In this document: positions 25,586 through 32,000 of the stretch, in pieces | Layout of the letters: every line of letters begins with the position of its first letter | Position numbering within the stretch: the stretch's first letter is position 1 | DNA from: Nostoc punctiforme PCC 73102 | GTDB taxonomy: Bacteria > Cyanobacteriota > Cyanobacteriia > Cyanobacteriales > Nostocaceae | DNA: 32,000 bases | NCBI RefSeq assembly: GCF_000020025.1 | Contig: NC_010628.1 | Location: 1,620,001-1,652,000 of the forward strand | Direction of reading: 5' to 3' | Program-made: the position numbers and the translations under genes | The notes under the pieces: generated by a model | Databases searched by the model: none | What the model was told of the DNA's origin: nothing | The model's input: only the letters and a program-made list of their open reading frames with translations

Positions 25586-27682
25586 TCAACTAGGGTCTTC
25601 CTCATCCATAGCTTCTTTAAAAAGATTACTTGCTGTTTGTGTGTCTGCGATCGCTCCTTGATTATCTCCCAAGTGACGGCGAATTTCACTACGTAGCATA
25701 TATGCTTGTGGTTGTTTAGGATTTAGCTGAATTACATAGTTAGCATCAGCGATCGCACCTTTGTAATCTTTTAATTGAGAACGAAGTCTGGCGCGGATGA
25801 AGCGAGTTTGAATATCTTGAGGTTTTAAGCGGATAATTTGCTCGTAATCTGCTAATGCGCCTTTGTAGTCATGCAGTCCCAAACGCGCCCGCGATCGCTT
25901 GATATAAGCATTAACATCATTGGGATTTGCACGTAAAGCAGCAGTTGTAAGCTCAATTTGTTGTTGTCTATTTTTTCTACTCTGCTCAAGTCTTTGCTGA
26001 GAATTTTGAGAGTAATAAGTCAATAAATTTACCCAGCTAGGAGCCATAGCTTGCAGAATGCCTACCATTCCACCTAACAAGGTTACACAGTATATAACTA
26101 ATAGAAAAACTCTAGTTTTCCATTTACTACGGGATTCGTACTGCTGTTGAATCAATCCCTTTACTAAGGTGTATCTTTTACTGAAAGGCAAATTTCCATA
26201 TCCGAGTTGCTTCAGATACTTAAATATGAAATGCAGAATATTTTCCTGATCTATGGGTGGATTTAGTCGTAGTTCTTTTTGAAATTTCTGATTAATTTTA
26301 GCGCTGCGAAAGCTATTAGGGATGCCCATAGCGATCAACATCGCAAATAACAACATCATTGGTCTATCTTTTCCTAGAAATCCTAAGATAATCACACCAA
26401 AGACTTTAAATAAAACACCAATGTAAGGGAAACGGGAAAACAGCAGTAAATCAGCAATTTGTCCTCCATCGAGAGGATAAATCGGGAGTAGATTAAACAA
26501 GTTTAGAAATATCAGCGTCCAACTTGTTTTTTGTACCCAATCAGGATAACCACTGCTAAAAGGTGCAAGGATCGCCAAGCCAATCCCCAAAATTAACCCT
26601 GGTAATGGCCCTGCTAAAGATATCCAAAATTTTTGGGTGAGTGTAGCGTCATCTTTACGGGCAGTTGCTAAAGCGCCTAAAAACGGTACGAATAAAACAG
26701 AGGTATCACGATAGCCAAACAGTTTCATCGCCAATAAATGTCCGCCTTCATGGAAAAACAGTACAGCGATGAAAATCACCACACTTTGTGGAGTAAGAAA
26801 ACTTGTATAACTGGCGATAAACAACCCTAAACTACCCAACAAAAGCCAACTACGAAATTTTTTACCCACCAGACCAGTTTCGGTATATTGCATTTGTTTA
26901 AATCCCTCTACTTCCAGTTCTATAGGGATTTCTTGTAAAATGCTGGAATCAGTTTTGGCTTGTTGTCTGCGTTGCTTGATGATATTTGCTGCTTTCTTGT
27001 TACCCTGCGTCATTGGGTTAAGCGATCGCAGGACTGTTAGCCAATGTATCTGAAATAACTCTGTTCCCTTGATTGGTGATATTTTTCCCGTCTTGGCTAA
27101 GTTACTAACATAGCCACTCATCTGTATCTGTAGTGCTTGTGCAAAAGACTCTGGTGATAAACCACAAGCTGTTTTGCTGGTAGTTAATTGTTTGAGACAA
27201 TCTTGATGAGTCTGCCATTGTACTGATACTTTGCTGGTATAAACATCCTGAACAATAGTGTTAGGAAACTCACCTATAAGTCCATGCTGTTTGCCGTTGA
27301 CAGTCAGCAATAAAGTTCTATCTTTAAAAAAGGTATAAAACTCTATATCGAATAAATTGACAGGTTCGGCTAAACGACGAATAACTACTGTGGCATAGCT
27401 TTTGAGTGCTTTGTGATATAAAAGAAGTTCCCAATTTGTTTGCTCATAGGCTTTGGTGATTGGTTGATATTGCAAATAGCTGCATGGAAGAAAGCCGAAT
27501 TTCTCTAGTTCTTTAATGGGAGTTTGAAATAAATCTTTTAAATAAATAGGAACTGTATCAGCCTTTGTAATCTGGTACTTGGGATATTGAATATGAGACT
27601 TGCAAAGTAGTAAAAAGAGAATGAGATAGCGAATAACAGTCAGTAGAACGTAAATTGCGATCGGGTAGATTAGGTATTGCAT
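25586..27682 (-). CDS. M50-family (site-2 protease-like) integral membrane metalloprotease with C-terminal TPR repeats
   Basis: HEGGHLLAM (HExxH) within a TM segment and NLLPIYPLDGGQI (the second metal-ligand motif of M50). Multiple TM helices. The C-terminal ~130 aa hold three TPR-like repeats (NAYIKRSRARLGLHDYKGALADYEQIIRLKP...). Confidence 0.85.
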   Translation of the reverse strand: MQYLIYPIAIYVLLTVIRYLILFLLLCKSHIQYPKYQITKADTVPIYLKDLFQTPIKELEKFGFLPCSYLQYQPITKAYEQTNWELLLYHKALKSYATVVIRRLAEPVNLFDIEFYTFFKDRTLLLTVNGKQHGLIGEFPNTIVQDVYTSKVSVQWQTHQDCLKQLTTSKTACGLSPESFAQALQIQMSGYVSNLAKTGKISPIKGTELFQIHWLTVLRSLNPMTQGNKKAANIIKQRRQQAKTDSSILQEIPIELEVEGFKQMQYTETGLVGKKFRSWLLLGSLGLFIASYTSFLTPQSVVIFIAVLFFHEGGHLLAMKLFGYRDTSVLFVPFLGALATARKDDATLTQKFWISLAGPLPGLILGIGLAILAPFSSGYPDWVQKTSWTLIFLNLFNLLPIYPLDGGQIADLLLFSRFPYIGVLFKVFGVIILGFLGKDRPMMLLFAMLIAMGIPNSFRSAKINQKFQKELRLNPPIDQENILHFIFKYLKQLGYGNLPFSKRYTLVKGLIQQQYESRSKWKTRVFLLVIYCVTLLGGMVGILQAMAPSWVNLLTYYSQNSQQRLEQSRKNRQQQIELTTAALRANPNDVNAYIKRSRARLGLHDYKGALADYEQIIRLKPQDIQTRFIRARLRSQLKDYKGAIADANYVIQLNPKQPQAYMLRSEIRRHLGDNQGAIADTQTASNLFKEAMDEEDPS

Positions 27683-27751
27683 AGCAATATATAGTTTTTA
27701 ACTATGCTTAGTATTCCCTGACACTATATAAAATAGCTTAGATTGCAAATA

Positions 27752-27793
27752 CCTAAAATAAAAATGGGTATAGCCTTTTGACCATACCCATTT
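27752..27793 (-). terminator. Rho-independent terminator of ftsH
   Basis: Stem aaatgggtat (27762..27771) / atacccattt (27784..27793). On the minus strand it is followed by TTTTATTTTAGG. It begins about 20 nt past the ftsH stop. Confidence 0.7.
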
Positions 27794-27813
27794 CAGTGAT
27801 TTTAGAAAACTTG

Positions 27814-29700
27814 TTACAGTTGCGGTACGTACTGCTGTTTCTCAGGGACTTCAGCGTACTCAGCCACAATTTGGCGGAATTCTTCGCCGTCAATGGTTTC
27901 TTTTTCAATGAGCAAATCGACTAAGCGATCGGTGACAGTGCGATGATCGCGGACAATCTTCTTGGCATTGTCGTAGCATTCTTCCACGATCGCTCGGACT
28001 TGTCCATCAATGCGGGAAGCGATAGATTCGGAATACTCAGATCGGGTTGTCCAGTCACGACCCAAGAATACTTCACCCTGCTGGCTTTCCAACGACAGTG
28101 GCCCTAAGTCGGACATCCCGAACCGAGTCACCATCTGCCGCGCCATTCCCGATAACTGCTGCAAGTCTCCACCAGCGCCAGTGGTAACTTCCGCAGCCCC
28201 AAAAATTACCTCTTCAGCAGCGCGACCGCCCAAAGCACCAGTAATTCTGGCTTTTAACTGAGAACGAGAAATTAATCCTTGTTCTTCGTTGGGAGTAAAC
28301 CAAGTTAAACCCTGTGCTTGTCCCCGTGGGATTAAGGTAACTTTCTGCACTGGGTCATGGTCTTTTAATAAAGTGCCAACTAAAGCGTGTCCAATTTCGT
28401 GGTATGCAATTAAGCGCTTGCTCTTGCTATCCACCAAAGGAGTACCTTCCATCCCAGCGACTACCCGATCTACCGCATCATCAATTTCGCGGAGGGTGAT
28501 CGCTTCTTTACGTCTTCTAGCAGTCAAAATTGCCGCTTCGTTGAGCAAGTTAGCTAAATCAGCACCAGTGAATCCAGGAGTGCGGCGAGCGATCGCATCT
28601 AAAGATACGCTAGGGTCTAGTTTCTTGTTGCGTGAATGGACTTCCAAGATTTCCAAACGCCCTTTAATATCGGGTGCATCAACTGTTACTTGTCGGTCAA
28701 AGCGACCGGGACGTAACAAAGCTGAGTCTAGTACGTCGGGACGGTTGGTAGCAGCAATAATAATAATGCCTGTGTTACCTTCAAACCCGTCCATTTCAGT
28801 GAGCAACTGGTTGAGGGTTTGCTCTCTCTCGTCGTTACCGCCACCGATACCAGCGCCCCGTTGCCGTCCTACTGCGTCAATTTCATCAATGAAGATAATA
28901 CAAGGGGCGTTGTCTTTAGCTTTCTTGAACAAATCGCGGACGCGGGATGCACCCACACCAACGAACATTTCTACAAATTCCGAACCGGAAATACTGAAGA
29001 AAGGTACGCCTGCTTCACCTGCGATCGCTTTTGCTAATAAAGTTTTACCAGTTCCAGGAGGCCCAACTAATAGCACTCCCTTGGGAATCCGTGCGCCTAC
29101 AGCAGTAAATCTTTCTGGCTGTTTCAAGAAGGTGACGACTTCTTGTAGTTCTTCCTTAGCTTCTTCAATACCTGCTACGTCATCAAATTTAACCCCGGTT
29201 TTCGCCTCCATTTGGAAACGCGCCTTAGATTTGCCGAAGTTCATCGCTTGACCTGGCCCGCCGGGAAGGTTGCTAGAACGCCGGAACAAAAAGAACAACC
29301 CAGTAATCAATAAAACTGGAAACACGAGATTGCCCAACAATCCCCAGATTGCGCCATCATTCCGCATGGGGTGAGCATCAAAACTAATATCTTTTTCTTT
29401 GAGCTTGCTGATTAACTCAGGAGCGTTAACAGGCAAATCCACTCGCCACCTTTGGATGCGATTTTCGATGTCTGGATCGCGGGCTTCGATAATAGCTGTC
29501 CTACCGCCTTCGTAGAGATCAACACTGCTGACGCGATCGCCGTCCAAGTATTCTAGAAAGCGGCCATAAGTCATGCGGGTATTAGCTGCATTCTTGCTCA
29601 TGTCAGTAGGAGCGCCTGCAAAGGCCCCTTGCCAGAAGAAAAAGCCAATTACCAAAGCCGGCAATGTCCAGAGTACTACGACTTTCCAAGAGAATTTCAT
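27814..29700 (-). CDS. ftsH: ATP-dependent zinc metalloprotease FtsH
   Basis: Two N-terminal TM helices, an AAA module ([30 protein letters not shown] region [20 protein letters not shown]) and an M41 protease HEIGHAL motif. Confidence 0.97.
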   Translation of the reverse strand: MKFSWKVVVLWTLPALVIGFFFWQGAFAGAPTDMSKNAANTRMTYGRFLEYLDGDRVSSVDLYEGGRTAIIEARDPDIENRIQRWRVDLPVNAPELISKLKEKDISFDAHPMRNDGAIWGLLGNLVFPVLLITGLFFLFRRSSNLPGGPGQAMNFGKSKARFQMEAKTGVKFDDVAGIEEAKEELQEVVTFLKQPERFTAVGARIPKGVLLVGPPGTGKTLLAKAIAGEAGVPFFSISGSEFVEMFVGVGASRVRDLFKKAKDNAPCIIFIDEIDAVGRQRGAGIGGGNDEREQTLNQLLTEMDGFEGNTGIIIIAATNRPDVLDSALLRPGRFDRQVTVDAPDIKGRLEILEVHSRNKKLDPSVSLDAIARRTPGFTGADLANLLNEAAILTARRRKEAITLREIDDAVDRVVAGMEGTPLVDSKSKRLIAYHEIGHALVGTLLKDHDPVQKVTLIPRGQAQGLTWFTPNEEQGLISRSQLKARITGALGGRAAEEVIFGAAEVTTGAGGDLQQLSGMARQMVTRFGMSDLGPLSLESQQGEVFLGRDWTTRSEYSESIASRIDGQVRAIVEECYDNAKKIVRDHRTVTDRLVDLLIEKETIDGEEFRQIVAEYAEVPEKQQYVPQL

Positions 29701-29965
29701 GTTAATTTGCCTCTAGATGCCTATACAATTCATTAGCTCTAGTAACCGAGTATTCATCACTCTGTCACTTTAAGCTGTTAAACGGATGTTTATAAATCCA
29801 TTTTGTTTAATTTGATCTCTTATATGCACTGTCATAAGGCAATTAGAGCATTATGGCGATGCCAACAAGAATCTTAATCAAAGTTAACTTAATTTTAATA
29901 CAAAATCGCACGAGAAAAGGGAGCGCAACGGAATGCAAGCTCATGTTGTTCCAACCCGTGACATA

Positions 29966-30072
29966 GGAGAGATGGGGGAGATGGGGGAGCAGAGGGAGCA
30001 GGGGGAGAATTATTTAACAAGTTTTTTCCCCTATGCCCCATGCCCAATGCCCCATTCCCAATTCCCAATTCC
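29966..30072. repeat. G-rich purine repeat followed by a heptameric STRR-like tandem array
   Basis: ggagagatgggggagatgggggagcagagggagcagggggag (29966..30007), then ccccatg/ccccatg/cccaatg/ccccatt/cccaatt/cccaatt heptamers (about 30028..30072). The two halves are partly complementary. The 15-mer gggagcagggggaga (29994..30008) recurs exactly at 19653..19667. Confidence 0.6.
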
Positions 30073-30567
30073 CTACTTAACTTCTGTAATTTTGAGAGTG
30101 TAAGGAAGATATTTACCTTGTTTGTAGGAACCAACCCAAACTTGGTAACTTCCAGCCAGCCATTCACCAACAATGCCGGCATTTTTGCCATCAAAATCGT
30201 CATTACACCAAGTACCACCTGGCCCCTTGATAATTATGGTGGTGTCTTCAGGACTTTGGACTTGCAACTTTAGGTAGTCGAATTTACCTGTTAACGCTAA
30301 TGTGTGGTCTGGTGTTTCATCAACAAATCCAGTACAAGGGCCAGTGGCTGTTTCAGTTCTCCCACCTACTTTACTCCCAGATATTGAACCACCACTCATC
30401 CCGCGAACTGTCAGGGGGTCTGGCGAAAACTGGGGACTAATAGTTACATCTCCAAATATCGTTGGCGCTTCCTGAGCATCAGTCACAGCGTTAACTGTCG
30501 ATGTGATGAAGAGCGTAACTATCATCAACGATAATCTCATCCCTCTATTGAGCGCTTTTGTTGGCAT
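30073..30567 (-). CDS. Hypothetical secreted protein
   Basis: Signal-peptide-like N-terminus (MRLSLMIVTLFITSTVNAVTDAQ from M10). Two Cys (CTGF.., GTWCNDD). No family recognised by eye. Confidence 0.55.
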   Translation of the reverse strand: MPTKALNRGMRLSLMIVTLFITSTVNAVTDAQEAPTIFGDVTISPQFSPDPLTVRGMSGGSISGSKVGGRTETATGPCTGFVDETPDHTLALTGKFDYLKLQVQSPEDTTIIIKGPGGTWCNDDFDGKNAGIVGEWLAGSYQVWVGSYKQGKYLPYTLKITEVK

Positions 30568-30790
30568 TGTAATTACGTTCGCTTCTAAGTGGTTTTGAAG
30601 ACATGAATTTTACACACCAAGTTCCCAATGTGGGGAGAATTGACTACCTATTTTAGATTTGAAATTGGGGATAATTCATTAGTAATTAGTCAATGATTTG
30701 TTGTTCTTATAGTTGCTCTACCTTATGAATAGGGGCACACGTTTGTGCGCCCCTAAAATCTAAAATATTTCTAAAATCTGGAAGTAATTG

Positions 30791-32000
30791 CTAATTAGCT
30801 TCTGTTATTGCCCGGCTCAAACGCGATTTGTCTAAACCAATCTGATTTAGTAGTAACCAAGATTGAATGAGGTCGGGGCCATGAACATCTCCAGTTAAGG
30901 CTGCTCGGAGCGATCGCATTACTAAGCCTTTTTTGACTTTTTGCTCTTTCACCACTTGTTTGATAATGTCCTGGGCGGCGGCTTCCGACAGTTGCGGCTG
31001 ATTTTCTAAAGCTGTGACAATCGCCTCAAGAACAGCAGTAGAACCTTCTTGTTTCAGTTGTGTACTGCCTTCTTCGCTAAATTCAACTGTATCGCTAAAA
31101 AACAGTTGGCTTTGAGGTACTGCATCTACTAAACGAGTCAAACTTTGGCTAATTAAAGTTACAAGCTGTTCTAACCAGGCGCGATCTCTTCCACCATCAA
31201 ATTTATACCCAGCCGCTTCCCAAAAGGGTATGAGTAAATCTGTGAGTTTATCTACTGGCGTATTGTGGATATACTGACTGTTCAACCAATCTAGCTTGTC
31301 CCAGTCAAACTTTGCACCTGCTTTATTTACACGCTCAAAGCCAAACTCTTTAGCTGCTGTTTCTAAAGTAAATATTTCTTGCGTCGAGTCTGGTGGCGAC
31401 CAACCCAGCAATGTCATGTAATTTACCAAGCCTTCAGCAGTAAAGCCCATTTTCTGAAATTCAGAAATGGAAGTGACACCATCCCGCTTAGAAAGCTTGC
31501 GCCCTTCCATGTTCAAAATTAATGGCGTATGGGAGAACTCTGGAATTTTTGCACCCATTGCTTCATACAGCAGAATTTGCTTGGCGGTATTGGCGATGTG
31601 GTCTTCTCCGCGAATGACATGAGTGATTTGCATATCAATGTCATCCACTACAACGACAAAATTGTATAGTGGTTGACCGCTACCCTCTTCTGAGGCGCGG
31701 GCGATGACCATATCACCACCTAAATCGCTACCTCGCCAAGACATTTTTCCCCTTACTAGGTCGTTCCAGACAATTTCCCGCCCATCTTCGATTTTGAAGC
31801 GAATCACATAAGAACGACCTTCTGCTTCATAAGCGGCACGTTGTTCTGGTGTTAGGTTGCGGTGACGGTTGTCATAGCGGGGAGCTTCGCCTCTAGCTTT
31901 CTGAGCTTCTCTTAGCGCTTCTAATTCTTCGCTGGTGGTGTAGCAGCGATAGGCTAATCCTTGATCTAGCAGTTTTTGTACTGCTTCTTTATAAAGATCC
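30791..32000 (-). CDS. gltX: Glutamate--tRNA ligase, C-terminal ~400 codons (gene continues past the right edge)
   Basis: The track ORF starts at an internal GTG (31807). The frame stays open to 32000 and reads ...[44 protein letters not shown]...[10 protein letters not shown]. Catalytic-core motifs are present ([32 protein letters not shown]). Confidence 0.93.
   Translation of the reverse strand, partial: DLYKEAVQKLLDQGLAYRCYTTSEELEALREAQKARGEAPRYDNRHRNLTPEQRAAYEAEGRSYVIRFKIEDGREIVWNDLVRGKMSWRGSDLGGDMVIARASEEGSGQPLYNFVVVVDDIDMQITHVIRGEDHIANTAKQILLYEAMGAKIPEFSHTPLILNMEGRKLSKRDGVTSISEFQKMGFTAEGLVNYMTLLGWSPPDSTQEIFTLETAAKEFGFERVNKAGAKFDWDKLDWLNSQYIHNTPVDKLTDLLIPFWEAAGYKFDGGRDRAWLEQLVTLISQSLTRLVDAVPQSQLFFSDTVEFSEEGSTQLKQEGSTAVLEAIVTALENQPQLSEAAAQDIIKQVVKEQKVKKGLVMRSLRAALTGDVHGPDLIQSWLLLNQIGLDKSRLSRAITEAN

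Noticed and set aside
28289-29251. 320-aa ORF on the + strand (also 28010..28261 and 28819..29037)
   Set aside because: Lies entirely antisense to the strongly conserved ftsH. Its Ser/Pro/Ala/Arg-rich, low-complexity translation is typical of the mirror frame of a real gene. No start context or motif.
29895-30273. 107-aa (-) and 77-aa (+) ORFs
   Set aside because: They read through the G-rich/heptamer STRR repeats (PPAPSAPPSPPS...) and overlap the 3' end of the better-supported 164-aa secreted-protein gene. No coding signal beyond the repeat.
30731-30754. Hairpin aggggcacacgtttgtgcgcccct downstream of gltX as a terminator
   Set aside because: The stem is good (one mismatch) but there is no U-tract on the gltX strand. 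It may be a repeat or a processing site, so I have not listed it as a feature.

Overview
This window looks like cyanobacterial chromosome, probably a heterocystous Nostoc/Anabaena-type organism. Support: frequent HIP1 palindromes (GCGATCGC), heptameric STRR-like tandem repeats and G-rich dispersed repeats, plus chlD, a group-3 sigma factor and ftsH. Most of it is ordinary housekeeping: rnc (partial), chlD, a sigma factor, a BI-1/YccA-like membrane protein, prfB with its programmed +1 frameshift, a small DUF3285-like ORF, ybeY, dgkA, trpG, an MBL-fold hydrolase, an FG-GAP propeller protein, pepP, an M50-TPR protease, ftsH and gltX (partial). The standout is a 7.5-kb, translationally coupled three-gene operon at 6381..13916 (+). 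Gene 1 carries a LexA-like wHTH, a zinc ribbon and a PD-(D/E)xK nuclease motif. Gene 2 is a 1158-aa DinG/XPD-like SF2 helicase with a Cys cluster between Walker A and Walker B. Gene 3 is a 919-aa protein whose C-terminus looks PIWI/RNase-H-like. This gene content and order match the 'pPIWI-RE' three-gene module that was predicted computationally as a nucleic-acid-guided restriction system. To my knowledge it has not been characterised experimentally. My assignment rests on motifs read by eye and needs HMM or structure confirmation. Secondary observations: a diverged prfB 3'-end remnant just upstream of the intact prfB; two disrupted genes (a poly-A frameshift in a nuclease-like gene and an in-frame TAA in an ADP-ribosylglycohydrolase fusion); a 184-nt long-hairpin element; a 1.2-kb AT-rich gap with a possible Nudix fragment; and several dispersed repeat families. 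I saw no integrase, transposase, tRNA, rRNA or CRISPR array.
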